DNA of 63,939 nucleotides, filler included, from Chiloscyllium plagiosum (Eukaryota), in assembly GCF_004010195.1 (NCBI RefSeq). It is 4 parts of one record of this genome, joined end to end, with 100 filler letters (N's around TTAATTAATTAA, not from the genome) between each part and the next. Parts side by side here need not be neighbours in the genome. Positions count along the whole stretch, not along the records: positions 30,763 to 50,188 come from NC_057710.1; positions 50,289 to 60,826 come from NC_057710.1; positions 60,927 to 63,939 come from NC_057710.1; 1 more part is not named here. One strand, written 5' to 3'. Below the pieces are notes generated by a model. It was not told where the DNA came from. It saw nothing but the letters and a program-made list of their open reading frames with translations, and did not search any database. This document shows positions 49,001 to 62,708 of the stretch, in pieces. Position 1 is the first letter of the stretch; each line of letters begins with the position of its first letter. The position numbers and the translations under genes were made by a program.

Positions 49001-49937
49001 CAGTTTTGAGCTTGTCAACAAAGAAAATTGCCACCAGCTGGGCGCCAGGAAAACTTGACAACACTGAGGTAATGAGTTTTTGTACATGAATGTGGAATTT
49101 CTAGTTAAAGTTAAAGTAGAATAAGATTAGGAGCTACAACAGGGGAAACATGCAGTGGATTCTGTTTTAATGAATATTACGTCAATTATGGAATTTAAAT
49201 CTGAGACTGAGATCTGAGATGTAGTCAAACGCATATCAAATCTTTGATTAAAATGCTCTACCTTTGGTTAAACGCAATTTAAAAACATTTGCTGTGGCCT
49301 TACCAGTTTGCAGATTATGCCTTTAAAATCATAATGAAGAGTGGCTAATTATTAAAGATATTGATGAATTCTTCTAATTTTCATCAAACACCCCATGCGT
49401 CAACACAAATACTGAAGGTATTAGTACTTGAATGCAGCACCTAATAAACAAATTCATGAGAATGAAAAGAGGAGCCCCTTAAAACCAAGTGAAAACAAGG
49501 TTTATTTGATATATTTTGCTCCCATCACTCTTCCTGTCTGAATTTGATGGCCAATATCAAACTGTAAAATGACAGCTTGCATTTTTTTACATTTTGTGTT
49601 GAATACAGTGAAGTGCCACAAGGATAATATCAGTCAACAAGGTTCACTGAGCTACAGAGAGATTTTGGAAGGTGGTCAAAAGTTTGATCAATGGGGTTGT
49701 CTTAAACGAGGGAACAGGAAAGGTAAGAGAGGATAGGGGAAGGGAATTCCAGAGCCTTCACAGCCATTGCACTACCATGAGTGGATCAAAGTCATGGAAG
49801 GGCCTCCCAAAAAGCACAGTGGGTGGCCCTTCACCACATGAACTGCAGCAGTTGGAGAAGGCAGAGAGATGTGGATGAGAGTGGATGAGAAATGCTGGCC
49901 TTGCCAGTGATACCATGAAATTGTAAGTAAGCAAAGA

Positions 49938-50188
49938 AAACGGGGAGTGGCATTTTTGATAAGGGATAGCATTACAGCTGTGCTGAGGGAGGATATTCCC
50001 AGAAATACCTCCAGGGAAGTTATTTGGGTGGAACTGAGAAATAAGAAAGGGATGATCACCTTATTGGGATTGTATTATAGACCCCTTAATAGTCAGAGGG
50101 AAATTGAGAAACAAACTTGTAAGCAGATCTCAGCTATCTGCAAGAATAATAGGGTAGTTATGGTAGGGGATTTTAACTTTCCAAACAT
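49938..50188 (+). mobile_element. CR1 endonuclease fragment up to the gap
   Basis: GVAFLIRDSI..YYRPLNS..VGDFNFPN. Confidence 0.92.
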
Positions 50189-50288
50189 NNNNNNNNNNNN
50201 NNNNNNNNNNNNNNNNNNNNNNNNNNNNNNNNTTAATTAATTAANNNNNNNNNNNNNNNNNNNNNNNNNNNNNNNNNNNNNNNNNNNN

Positions 50289-51605
50289 TTGTTGCAGCTC
50301 TGTAAAACTTTGGTTAGACCGCACTTGGAATACTGCGTCCAGTTCTGGTCGCCCTATTATAGGAAAGATGTGGATGCTTTGGAAAGGGTTCAGAGGAGGT
50401 TTACCAGGATGCTGCCTGGAATGGAGGACTTATCTTACGAAGAGAGGTTGACTGAGCTCGGACTTTTTTCATTGGAAAAAAGAAGGAAGAGAGGGGACCT
50501 AATTGAGATGTACAAGATAATGAGAGGCATAGATAGAGGTGATAGCCAGAAACGTTTTCCCAGGGCAGAAATTGTTAACACGAGGGGTCATAGTTTTAAG
50601 CTGTTTGACGGAAAGTATAGAGGGGATGTCAGAGGTGGGTTCTTTTCGCAGAGAGTTGTGAGAGCATGGAATGTGTTGCCAACAGCAGTTGTGGAAGCGA
50701 GGTCATTGGGGATATTTAAGAGACTGCTGGACATGCATATGGTCACAGACATTTGAGGGTTCGTACATTAAATTTACCTCACATGAGGATCAATGGTCGG
50801 CACAACATCATGGGCTGAAGGGCCTGTTCTGTGCTGTACTGTTCCATGTTCTTTGATGTTGTGGGTTACAGAGGGTCATGGATAAGATGTAGAGCTGGGC
50901 TGAGGAGTGGCAAATGGAGTTTAATGTGGAAAAGTGTGAGGTGGTTCACTTTGGAAGAAGTCACAGGAATGCAGAGTACTAGGCTAATTGTAAAATTCTT
51001 GGCAGTGTAGATGAACAGAGAGATCTTGGTGTTCAGGTGCATAAATCCTGAAAATTGCCACCCAGATTGATAGGGTTGTTAAGAAGGCATTTGTGTGTAG
51101 GGGGATTGAGTTTTGGAGCCATGAGGTCATGCTTCAGCAGTACAAGACACTGGTAAGGCCACACCTGGATTAATGTGTGCAGTTCTGGTGACCGTATTAT
51201 AGGAAGGATATTAAAGTTTTGAAAAGGGTTCAGAGGAGATTTATTAGGATGTTGCCTGGTATGGAAGGAAGGTCTTACGATGAAAGGCTGAGGGAACTGG
51301 GGCTGTTTTTGTTGGAGAAAAGAAGGTTGAGAGGTGTCTTAATCAAGACGTATAAGATAATCAAAGTTTAGATCGTGGACAGTAAGAGCTTTTTTACCTC
51401 TGATGGTGAAGACTAACCAGAAGATTTAATGAAGATAGGCTAGCCAGTATATAAAGGAAGACTGCAAGAGTTTCTTTAGATATATAAAGGGCAAAAAGAG
51501 AGGCAAAACTGGACATTGGGCTGCTGGAAAATGACACTGGAGAGATTGTAATAGGGAGCAAGGAAACAGCTGAGAAACTGAAACAATTACTTAGCGCCAG
51601 TCTTC
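50289..51605 (+). mobile_element. Cluster of CR1 ORF2 3' fragments from different subfamilies
   Basis: ORF 50289-50756 LVRPHLEYCVQFWSP..; second copy at about 50845-51415. Confidence 0.92.
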
Positions 51606-51619
51606 ACGACACCTGCTGC

Positions 51620-54330
51620 CCCTGTGTACTAGTTTTCTATGTTTTGTGCACAAGTACTCCCAAGTCCCTTTGTGTTGCAGTTTTCTGCGGCTTTTCTCCA
51701 TTTAAGTAATAAATTACTCTTTTGTTTTCCCTTCCAAAATGAAGAACTACACATTTTCCTAATTATATTCCATATGTCAACATTTTGCTCACTTACTTAG
51801 CCTATCAATAATCTCCCTGTAAATTGTTTGTATCGCCTTTGCATGCTGCCTTTCCACCTATATTTGTGTTGCCTGCAAATATGGCTACAGTATCTTCGCT
51901 TCCTTTCTCCAAGTCATTAAGATATATTCTAAACACTTGTAGTCCCAACAAGATCCTTGTGGACCCCAACTATTCACATGTCACCAATTTGAAAAATAAT
52001 CCTTTACCTCCACACACTGCTTCCTGCCAATTCTCTATCCATGTCAATATATTCTTGTATCCACCACAGGCTGTTACCTTTGACTTAACCTTTTTTGAGG
52101 CATCTTGCTGAAGTCCAAATACAACACATCTACTGATTGTTGGCTGGCTCTTATTTCAAGGAGGTTGGAGTTAAAAGTAGGGAAGTCTTCTTGCAACTAC
52201 AAGGTACTAATGAGACCACATCATGTTATTTGAGGCAGTTCAGAGAAGGTTGACTTGGACAATTCCCTGTTGGAGGGATTGTCTTAAGACCATAAGACAT
52301 AGGAACAGAAATTAAGACATTCAGCCAATCAAGTCTGCTCCACAATTCAATCATGGCCAATAAGTTTCTCGCGCTTTCTCCCCATAACTCTTTAGCCCCT
52401 TGATACTCAAGAACCTATCTATCTGAGTCTTAAATCCATCTGAGTATTAAATCTGATCTTGCCTCCATAGCCTTCTGTGACAGTGAATTCTACAGATTCA
52501 CCACTCTCTAGCTGAAGAAGTTTCTCCTTAGTTCCAAAGGAGAAACAATTACTTTACTCTAAGGCTGTACCCTCAGGTCCTAGTCTCGACTACCGATGGA
52601 AACATCTTCCCAACATCTACTGATTCCCCTCAATCCACTCTGGTTGAAACTTCCTTCATGATTTCTAATAATTCAATCAGACACGACTTCCCTTTCATGA
52701 AATCATGCTTAATTAGATTATGACTTTAAATGTCCAAAATTCCTAATTTTGAATTTCCCAAACAGCTATTATTTCCTTAATTGTTGATTCCAACAATGCA
52801 TGGCTAAAGCTACCCACATTTTACCTCTTTCCCTTTTTGAATAGAGTGCCACATTGGCAATTTTCCGATGCTCCAGAACATTAGGGAGATTTAAACAATC
52901 CTTGGATAAGCACATGGATGATGACGGGATGGTGTAGGACGATGAGCTTAGAATAGTTCACAGGTTGGCACAACTTCGAGGGCCAAAGGGACTGTTCTGC
53001 GCTGTATTGTTCTATGTTTTAACTTCTCCAGAATCCAAGAATTTTCTTGAAAATTAACAACTTTCAATGCATCTATTATCTCTATAGCTACTTCTTCTAG
53101 GATCCTCAGATGCAAGCCATCAGGGCCACAGGTCTACCTGCCTTGAGCTCATTAGTTTTTCTAATGCTAGTTCTCAAGATTGTGATGGTACTGAATTCCT
53201 TCCCCATATTCTTAGCATTAATGGGATGTTCAATGTATCTTCCATCATAAAGATTAATGCAAAATATCTGCAGTTTCCTCCCCCATAACTGTCTCCCCAG
53301 ATTCATTTCCTGGGACCCATGTTCACTTTGACCTCGCTTCTCTTTTTATACATTTAAAGAGCTCTTTTTGTGAGATTTTATATTCTTCACTCGTTTGTTC
53401 TTCTGGTTTATTTTCTGACCCTTTATTTTCTTTTTAATCCTCTTTTGCTGGATTCTAAATTTATCCCAGTCTTTGGGTCTATCACTGAATTTTGTATCCT
53501 TTATACATTTTCTTTCAACTGTCCTTAGTTTCTGTCGTGAGCCATGGTTGGTTTATCCCTCTCTTAGAAACTTTCTAGGAGACCTTTAACTCAGAGGTCA
53601 TTTATTAATCCTGTCTTATTACTCAAGATAGCCTGTTCCCTGGGCTTCACCTCCACCTCTGCTCTCCTAAATTGATCTTATCAGACATCAGGCCCAGTCC
53701 TGCCCACGCTAACCCATCCAGTTTTGACTGAAATAAAAAATAGAAATTGCTGGAAAAACTCAGCGTGTCTGGCAAAATCTGTTGAAATGAAAGAGAGTTG
53801 ACATTTCGAATCCAGTGACTCTTCACCAGAAGTGGAAAAAAAGCAAATAGAGTCCCTGGAATCAAAATATTAACTCTGTTTTCTCTCCACAGATGCTGCC
53901 AGGCCTCCTGAGTTTTGCCAGCAATTTCTGTTTTCGTTTCAGATCTCCTACATTCGCAGTTCTTTGATATGTTTGCGTATGCTGCTCCTTCCTTCCCCAG
54001 AACAGGTCCCAATATCTGAATCTGAAACTCTCACCCTTGTACCAGCTTTTCAGTTACATATTCATCCAATATATCCTGCTATTTCTACACTGGCTAGCAT
54101 GTGGAGGTAGCAATCTTGAGATCACTACCTTTAACTTCCAAACTCCCGATATTCTGCTTTTAGGACTTTTTTTTTGTCTATGCCATTGGTACCAATGTGC
54201 ATCGCAACCAGTATAGCCTGGAGTCAGTCTGAGACACCCTTAACCCTTGGACCAGGGAGGCAACTCCTGGTGTCTCATATCTGACCACCGAAACACCTAT
54301 CTATTCCTCTTAGAATTATCTTTCTACTTT
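51620..54330 (-). mobile_element. Old degenerate CR1 with nested CR1 tails (about 52285-52620, 52880-53020)
   Basis: Remnants IFAGNTNIGG, FMKGKSCL and ORF1-like HIGTNGI. Confidence 0.65.
53730..53965. mobile_element. Old palindromic Penelope-derived mini-element of another family
   Basis: Arms agaaattgctggaaaaactcag / ctgagttttgccagcaatttct; minus-strand hammerhead-like ttCTGGTGAagagtcactggattcGAAAtGTC. Confidence 0.6.
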
Positions 54331-55154
54331 CATAGACTGAATTAAAAGGACACCGATATCCCTTTGTACATTCACACTTCCTTATATATCACCATTTCAG
54401 AAATCCTGTTCTTTTCTGTTTTTCACACCAAAGTGTTGAGTTTCATAGTTAGCCAAGTCACCTGTCATGTGTTTGCCCACTCACTCAACTTGTCTCAATC
54501 GCATTGCAGCCCCTTTACATCCTCCTCACAATGCTACTCAGTTCGTACTATCAGCAAACCTGGAAAAGGACCCCATCCCATTGATGTTACAAATCTAACT
54601 CCCATCTAAAATAATGGAGCAATCTTTAGGGAGAATAGTTCAATTTCTTTCCCTCTTTTCCTGCACTAATAAACAATCTTTTGGACACCTCTCTCTGCTC
54701 ACTGGCGATTAGATTTAATTATTCCGTACTCCACAAGAAAAGCAATTGCAAAATTGGCCAAGAATAGTTTGTATATTTATGCATAACTGCCAAAATCAAC
54801 AATCTTTGAGCCTCAGACACTTCTGGGGAAAGACATCACTAATTAGGAGATACATCTACCAGTGAAAGAAATGATAATGTATACAACGTCGGAGAGGCAG
54901 CTCAGTGAACTGAAAAATGGACCAAACCTTGAAAGTGTCAGAAGCTCAGGCTTGAAGCTTATATAACATTCAATTACTAATTCTCTTGGTACTTATTATA
55001 GATCACTGCTCTCATCTCAAGAAGATTTTGTATGAATTCCTAATTTGCAATAATGCTCATACGTTGGAATGGTTCCTTCCATTTGTTTCACATCGTTACC
55101 AGCCCGATCCTCTTTGTCTCATGCAGATTTCTGGGGGTTGGTAGATTTATTCAT

Positions 55155-55930
55155 AGTTTCATACAGCACAGAAAAGGTCCTTCAGCCCATCAAGTCTGCA
55201 TTAACATAACTCCTCTAAAAATGCACTAATTCCAATTTTCTGCACTTATCCCATATCCTTGAATGTTATGACATTTGAAGTAATCGCACAAACATTTTTG
55301 AAAGATTATTAGGTTTCCAGTCACTACTGCCTTCCCAGGCAGTGCTCTCCAGATTCCCACCACCTGCTGAGTGAAAATGTTTTTTTTCCCCAAATCCCCT
55401 TTGAATCTTCTGCCTCTCACCTTAAAACTGTTCTCTCGTGATTGACTCCTCAACCAAGGGGCACAGCTGCTCTCTATTCATCCTGTCCATACCCCTCATA
55501 ATCTTATACACCACAATCATGCTCCACCCCCCACCCCAGTCTTCTCTGCTCTAAAGAAAACAATCCAAACCTATCCAGTATCTCCTTATAACTCAATTTT
55601 CCCATCCGACACAACATCCTGGTGAATCTCCTCTGTACACCAGCACCCCCCCCACCCACCCACCGAGTGCTATCACAGCCTTCCAGGAATGAGGTGACCA
55701 AAACTATGCACAGTACTCCAGTTGTAGCTTGACCAAAATTCTGTTAATTCCAAAATTAACTTAATTGCTCCTATAGACTATGCAAGAGTCCCATATGCCT
55801 TCTTAACCATCCTTTTAATATTCTCTGCCAATACCAGGGATCTGTGAGTAATTACCCTAAGATCTCACATTTGTTAGAAGCTAACTGGTGTCCTACAATT
55901 CATTAAATACACTCTCATCTATGTCCTTTA
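55155..55930 (-). mobile_element. Old CR1 3' fragment
   Basis: VQRRFTRML..LFSLEQRRL; FTQQVVGIWRALP. Confidence 0.85.
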
Positions 55931-56078
55931 GGATCTAACCACCTCGATGAGTAGTGCTGCTGCTGAGTCACTCTTGCCATTGGATACTGAAATTCTCCCA
56001 CCCAGAGTCCATTTTATGGCCTTACCACCCCCAGTGCTTCCTTTAAGTGTTATTCAAAATATAGGAGTATTGATTCAT

Positions 56079-56900
56079 AAGGAGAAAGTGAGGACTGCAG
56101 ATGCTGGAGGTCAGAGTTGAGATGTGGTGCTGGAAAAGCACAGCAGGTCAGGCAACATCTGAGGAGCAGGAAAATCGATGTTTCGAGCAAAAGCCCTTCA
56201 TCAGGAATGAGGCTGTGAGCCGAGAGGGTAGTGAGATAAATGGAAGGGGGGGTGGGGTTGGGGGTAAGGTAGCTGAGAGTGCAATAGGTAGATGAAGATA
56301 AGGGAGGAGGTGATAGGTCGGAGAGGAGAGTGAAGTGGATAGATGGGAAAGGTGATGGACAGGTCAGGAGGGCGGTGCCAAATTGGAGGCTTGGGACTGG
56401 GATAATGTAGGGGCAGGGGAAATGAGGAAACTGGTGAAATCCACACTGATCCTGTGTGGTCGCAGGGTCCAAAGGCAGAATATAAGGCATTCTTCCTCAA
56501 GGTGTCGGGTGGTAAGGGTTTAGTGATGGAGAAGGCCCAGGACCTGCATGTCCTTGATGGAATGGGAGGGGGAGTTGAAGTGTACAGCCACGGGGTGGTG
56601 AGGTTAGTGGGTGCAGATGTCTCAGAGATGTTCTCTGAAACAATCCGCAAGTAGGTGTCCTGTCTCCCTGATGTAGAGGAGACGACATCAGGTGTAATGG
56701 ATATAGTAGAAGACATTGGTGGAAATACAGGTAAATTTCTGTTGGATGTGGAAAGATCCTTTGGGGCCTTGGTCAGAGGTGAGAGGAGTGGTGTGATTGC
56801 AAGTTTTGCAATTCCTGCGCTGGCAGGGGAAGGTGCCGGGAGTGGAACGTGGGCTGGTGGGGAACGTGGACCTGACAAGGGAGTCGTGGATGGAATGTGG
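56079..56900 (-). mobile_element. Penelope-like element 3' part: Cys-rich linker, GIY-YIG endonuclease and pseudo-LTR with hammerhead (56172-56210)
   Basis: HDSLVRS..PGTFPCQRRNCKTC..FTCISTNVFYYIHYT*CRLLYIRETG..FREHL; cattcCTGATGAagggcttttgctcGAAAcATC. Confidence 0.88.
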
Positions 56901-56914
56901 AAATGCCTTCTTCA

Positions 56915-59900
56915 CTATCCTACAACATGATCCCGTTGTAATCTGAATTAACTTTCTTTGCTGTCCACTACACCTCCAAATTTGGTGTCATCTGCAAACT
57001 TATGAACTATACCTCCTAAGTTCATATCCAAATCATTTATAAAATTGACAAAAAGGAGTGGACCTAGTACTGTTCCTTGTGGCACTCCACTGGTCACAGG
57101 CCTCCAGTCTGAAAAACAACCCTCCACCACCACCCTCTGTCTTCTACATTTGAGCCAGTTCTGTATCCAAATGGCTAGTTATAGAGTTATAGAGTCATAG
57201 AGTCATAGAAATGTACTGCATGGAAACAGACCCTTCGGTCCAACCCGTCCATGCCGATCAGATATCCCAACCCAATCTAGTCCCACCTGCCAACACCCGG
57301 CCCATATCCCTCCAAACCCTTCCTATTCATATACCCATCCAAATGCCTCCACCACATCCTCTGGCAGCACATTCCATACACGGACCACCCTCTGCATGAA
57401 AAGTTGCCCCTTAAGTTCCTTTTATATCTTTCCCCTCTCACCCTAAACCTATGCCCTTTAGTTCTGGACTCCTCAACCCCAGGGAAAAGACTTTGTCTAT
57501 TTATCCTATCCATTCCATGAGATCTACCCTTGCTAATCAGTCTCCCATGGGGAACTTGGCGAACCCCTTACTGAAGTCCATATACATCACGTCCACTGCT
57601 CTGACCTCATCAATTCTCTTTGTTACTTCTTCAAAATACTCAATCAAATTCGTGAGATGTGATTTCCCACGCACAAAGCCAGGTTGAATATCCCTAATCA
57701 GTCCTTGCCTTTCCAAATACATGTACATCCTGTCCCTCAGGATTCCCTCCAACAACGTGCCCACCACCAACGACAGGCTCACTGGTTTATAGTTCCATGG
57801 CTTGTCTTTACCACCCTTCTTAAACAGTGGCACCATGTTAGCCAACCTCTATATTTCTGGCACCTCACCTGTGACTATCAATAATATAAATATCTCAGCA
57901 AGGGGCCCAGCAATCACTTCCCTAGCCTCCCATAGAGTTCTCAGGTACACCTGATCAGGCCCTGGGGATTTATTCACCTTTTATGCATTACAAGCACTTC
58001 CTCCTCTGTAATATGGACAATTTTCAAGATGTTACTGTCAATTTCCCCACATTCTATATCTTCCATGTCCTTCTCCACAGTAAACACTGATTCAAAATAC
58101 TCACTTAGTATCTCCCCCATCTCCTGCAGCTCCACACAAAGGCCTCCTTGCTGATCTTTGAGGGGCTGAATTCTCTCCCTAGTTACCCTTTTGTCTTTAA
58201 TGTTTTGTAAAAACCTTTTGGATTCTCCTTAACCCTATTTGCCAAAGCTATCTCATGTCCCCTTTTTGCCCTCCTGATTTCCCTCTTAAGTGTACTCCTA
58301 CTGCCTTTATACTCTTCTAAGGATCTATCCTGTCTATACCTTATATTTGCTTCCTTCTTAACCGAACCCTCAATTTCTTTAGTCATCCAGCATTTCCTAC
58401 ACCCACCAGCCTTTCCTTTCACCCTAACAGGAATATACTGTCTCTACTCTCGTTATCGCATTTCTGAAGGCTTCCCGTTCTTCAGCCATCCCTTTATCTG
58501 CGAACATCTGCACCCAAACAGTTTTTGAAAGTTCTTGCCTAATACTGTCAAAATTAGTTCTCCTCCAATTTAGAACTTCAGCTGTTAGATCTGGTCTATC
58601 CTTTTCCATCACGATTTTAAAACTAATAGAATTATGGTCACTGCCCCAAACTGCTCTGCCGCTGTCACCTCAGTCACCTGCCTTATTTCCCAAGAGTAGG
58701 TCAACGTTTGCACCTTCTCCAGTATGGCAGTTTATACTCGCAGAGCTCTTCAGGGAACATCCTCAATACACCCGCACCAACCAACCTCACCTCCCATGAC
58801 CGAATACTTCAACTTCCCCCCACCACACTCCGCCAAGGGCATGCAGGTCCTGTGCCTCCTCTATCGCCAGTCCGTTACCACCCGATGCTTGGAGGAAGAA
58901 CTCCTCATCTTCTGCCTAGGGACTCGCCAACCCCATGGCATCAATGTGGATTTCACCAGTTTCCTCATTTTCCCTCCCCCCACCTTATCCCAGATCCAAC
59001 CTTCTAATTCGGCACTGCCCTCTTGACCTGTCCGACCTGACCAACTTCGTTCCCACCTATCCGCTCCACCCTCCTCTCCGACCTATCACCTTCACTCCCA
59101 CCTCCATCCACCTATTGCACTCTCAGCTACCTTCCCGCCAGCCCCAGCACCCCCTCTCATTTATCTCTCCATTCCCGAGGCTCCCAGCCTCATTCCTGAA
59201 GGGCTTTTGCGCAAAACGCCAGTTCTCCTGCTCGTTGAATGCTGCCTGACCAGCTGTGCTTTTCCAGCAACACACTCTCGACACTAATCTCCAGCATCTG
59301 CAGTCCTCCCTTTCACCACTATGGCAGTCCCAGTCTATGTTTGGAAAGGTATAATCTCCTACCATAACCACCCTATTATTCTTACAGATAACTGAAATCT
59401 CCTTACAAATTTGTTTCTCAATTTCCTGCTGACCATTAGGCGGCCTATAATACAATTCCAATAAGGTGATCATCCCTTCCTTGTTTCTCAGTTCCACCCA
59501 AATAACTTCCCTGGAAGTATTTCAGAGAATATCCTCCCTAAGTACAGCTGTAATGCTATCCCTTATCAAAAGCGCAATTCCCCCTCCTCTCTTGCCTCCC
59601 TTTCTATCCTTCCTGTAGCATTTGTATCCTGGAACATTAAGCTGCCAGTCCTGTCTATCCCTGAGCCACGTTTCTGTAATTGCTATGATACCCCACTCCC
59701 ATGTTCCTAACCATGCACCGAGTTCATCTACCTTCCCTGTTAGGCCTCTTGCATCGAAATAAATGCAATTTGATTTATCAGTCCTAGCTTATTCTCTGCT
59801 TTGTTCCTGCTGCCCTGACTGTTTGACTCACTTCTTTTCTCAACTGCACCAGTCTCAGAATGATCTCTTTCCTCAGTATCTCCCTGGGTCCCACCAACCA

Positions 59901-60160
59901 CCAACCCCCACCCCCCCCCAACCACTTTACTAGTTTAAATCCTCCCTATCAGCTCTAGCAAATCTCCCTACCAGTATATTAGTCCCCTTCCAATTCAGGT
60001 GCAATCCATCCTTCTTAGACAGGTCACTTCTACCTCAGAATAAATTCCAATGATCCAAAAAAGTGAATCCTTCTCCAATACAGCTCCTCAGCCATGCATT
60101 CATCTGCTCCATCCTCCTATCCCTACCCTCACTAGCTCGTAGCATCAGGAGTGATCCATA
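56915..60160 (-). mobile_element. CR1 LINE (ORF1 end through RT), same subfamily as 38727-43650, with nested insertions
   Basis: Collinear with about 39590-42090; nested CR1 tail at 57180-57515 and Penelope at 58732-59319. Confidence 0.93.
58732..59319 (+). mobile_element. Penelope-like fragment (GIY-YIG end plus pseudo-LTR) with a 9-bp TSD
   Basis: YFNFPPPHSAKGMQVL..LEEELLIFCLGTRQPHGINVDF; tatggcagt at 58723-58731 and 59320-59328. Confidence 0.88.
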
Positions 60161-60162
60161 TA

Positions 60163-60826
60163 TTAAGACATAGGAGTGGAAGTAAGTCCATTCGGCCCAT
60201 CGAGTCCACTCCGCCATTTAATCATGGTTGATGGGCATTTCAACTCCACTTACCCGCATTCTCCCCGTAGCCCTTAATTCCTTGTGACATCAAGAATTTA
60301 TCAATCTCGGCCTTGAAACCGTTTAGTGTCCCGGCCTCCACTGCACTCCGCAGCAATGAATTCCACAAGCCCACCACTCTCTGGCTGAAGAAATGTCTCC
60401 GCATTTCTGTTCTGAATTTACTCCTTCTAATTCTAAGGCTGTGCCCACAGGTCCTAGTCTCTTCACCTAACGGAAACAATTTCTTAGCGTCCACCCTTCC
60501 CAAGCCATGTATTATCTTGCAAGTTTCTATTAGATCTCCCCTTAACCTTCTAACCTCCAATGAATACAATCCCAGGATCCTCAGCCGTTCCTCGTATGTT
60601 AGACCTGCCATTCCAGGGGTCATCCATGTGAATCTCCGCTGGACACACTCCAGTGCCAGTATGACCTTCCTGAGGTGTGGGGCCCAAAACTGGACACAGT
60701 ACTCCAAATGGAGCCTAACCAGAGCTTTATAAAGGCTCAGTAGCACATCGCTGTTTTTATATTCCAACCCTCTTGAGATAAATGGCAACATTGCATTCGC
60801 TTTCTTAATCACGGATTCAACCTGCA
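60163..60826 (-). mobile_element. Young CR1 3' end (aagacataggagtgg tail subfamily)
   Basis: Uninterrupted 190-aa ORF 60240-60812; highly similar to 63375-63885. Confidence 0.95.
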
Positions 60827-60926
60827 NNNNNNNNNNNNNNNNNNNNNNNNNNNNNNNNNNNNNNNNNNNNTTAATTAATTAANNNNNNNNNNNNNNNNNN
60901 NNNNNNNNNNNNNNNNNNNNNNNNNN

Positions 60927-61222
60927 ACAGTGAAAGGCACAAAGTGCACCAATCTTTATTCAATTTCCACCACCAGGAATATAGGAAAACACCCGGGTGG
61001 CCAGTGACAAGCACTGCCCTTCACATCAAGGGACAGTGCTGTGTGATCAAAACAGTGAAGGGGAGGGTAGGGACTAAATCAAAATAGAGTTGGAGGGAGA
61101 AATGATGCACTCCACTCCCTGCGGCGCCCACCTCTCCCTGAACAACTCCAGGGTGTTGGTGGACACCGCGTGCTCCTTCTCCAAGGACACCCGGGCTCTA
61201 ACGTAACCGCGGAAGAGGGGCG
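60927..61222 (-). mobile_element. Tx1-clade LINE 3' end
   Basis: PLFRGYVRARVSLEKEHAVSTNTLELFRERWAPQGVECIISPSNSILI* followed by a UTR with AATAAA (60956-60961). Confidence 0.7.
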
Positions 61223-62384
61223 GACATTCCTTTTAGTGAGGACTGATTGTGTGCATCAGGAGTTTAACAATGTGTTTCAGGTGTAACTCAGTTCTCATTA
61301 GAGGGTTGTTGTTTCACTAACTGGTTACTGCCTGTGTGTTACTCTTTTCTCTCCAATTTTACTTTTGAGAAAAGGACAATGTTAATTTTGTAGGGCTTAG
61401 CCCTTGGACTCTAATTTCCTTTGTTTTTTTTTTGTATGTGTCTTCACTGGTTTTGGTGTTTGGACTGAGCCCTTGTGGAAGACATACATTTTACCAGAGG
61501 AGCTGTTCATGTCGGGAGGCCTAGGCCTGGGACTGGGCCTCTGAAGATTGAACACCTGTGTGTGTGCTGGGAGGTGAACACTTGCTGTATCCTGGAGTTT
61601 GGGAGAAGACCTTTCATTCAGGAGTGGACCAAACCCCTGTGAGTTAACTGCACCTGTACAATATACTATGTTCCTGTGAATGGGCCTGGTTTTCCAAGGA
61701 TGGGCCAGGACTCCATGGAGACTGAACACCTGTGTGCTGTGGGGTGTGCATTTGCTGCCTTTGGGAGTGGACTCTGCCCTTGGTTGTGGACCCTGTTTTT
61801 AGCAGTGGACTCCACTTCTGATAGCACATGTCGTAAACTGGAGTGGACTCTGTTCCTGGGAATGTACTCTATATTTTGAAGACTCTATATTTGAACTGTG
61901 TACCAGAAAGGACGCTGTTTTTTGATAATTGACTGTATTGTGTTGTTTGTTGGGTCTATCACCTGCACTGTCTTGTGTGTCCCTGGGTCTGGCAGGTCTT
62001 ACTGTGAACTGAGAGGCTCATGGGTCGTCCTAAGAGCCAGAGGGTAGGTAGGCCATTCTGTGAACCTGAAGGTTGGTAGGCTGTCCCGAAAGCCAGAGGG
62101 TGGGTAGGCCACCCTGACACCGGTCACCCTGAGAGCCAGAGGATGAGTAGACCTGAGTGCTGCCATCTTGAGAAGTGGTGATCAGGACGGGCTGTCCTAA
62201 AGGTTGTCGGAAGGTGTCAGAGTGGCCGAGAGCCAGATGGCGTGTTGGGGCAGGAAGTCCGGAAGGCTTGTGTGCTGTCATCCCATGACAGGGATGGGCT
62301 GTCCTAGAGGTGGCCGGAAGGTGTGCCAGGGCAGTCTGCAGGCCAGATGTGCATCGGAGTGATAGATTAGATTTGAGTTTCGTG

Positions 62385-62708
62385 TGATAGATTAGATTAG
62401 ATTACATTACATTACATTACAGTGTGGAAACAGGCCCTTCGGCCCAACAAGTCCACACCGACCCGCCGAAGCGCATCCCACCCATACCCCTACATTTACC
62501 CCTTACCTAACACTAGGGGCAATTTAGCATGGCCAATTCACCTGACCTGCACATCTTTGGACTGTGGGAGGAAACCGGAGCACCCGGAGGAAACCCACGC
62601 AGACACGGGGAGAACGTGCAAACTCCACACAGTCAGTCGCCTGAGGCGGGAATTGAACCTGGGTCTCTGGCGCTGTGAAGCAGCAGTGCTAACCACTGTG
62701 CCACCGTG
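62385..62708 (-). mobile_element. Young HE1-type V-SINE
   Basis: CpGs retained; (attag)n(attac)n tail; intact A and B boxes. Confidence 0.93.
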
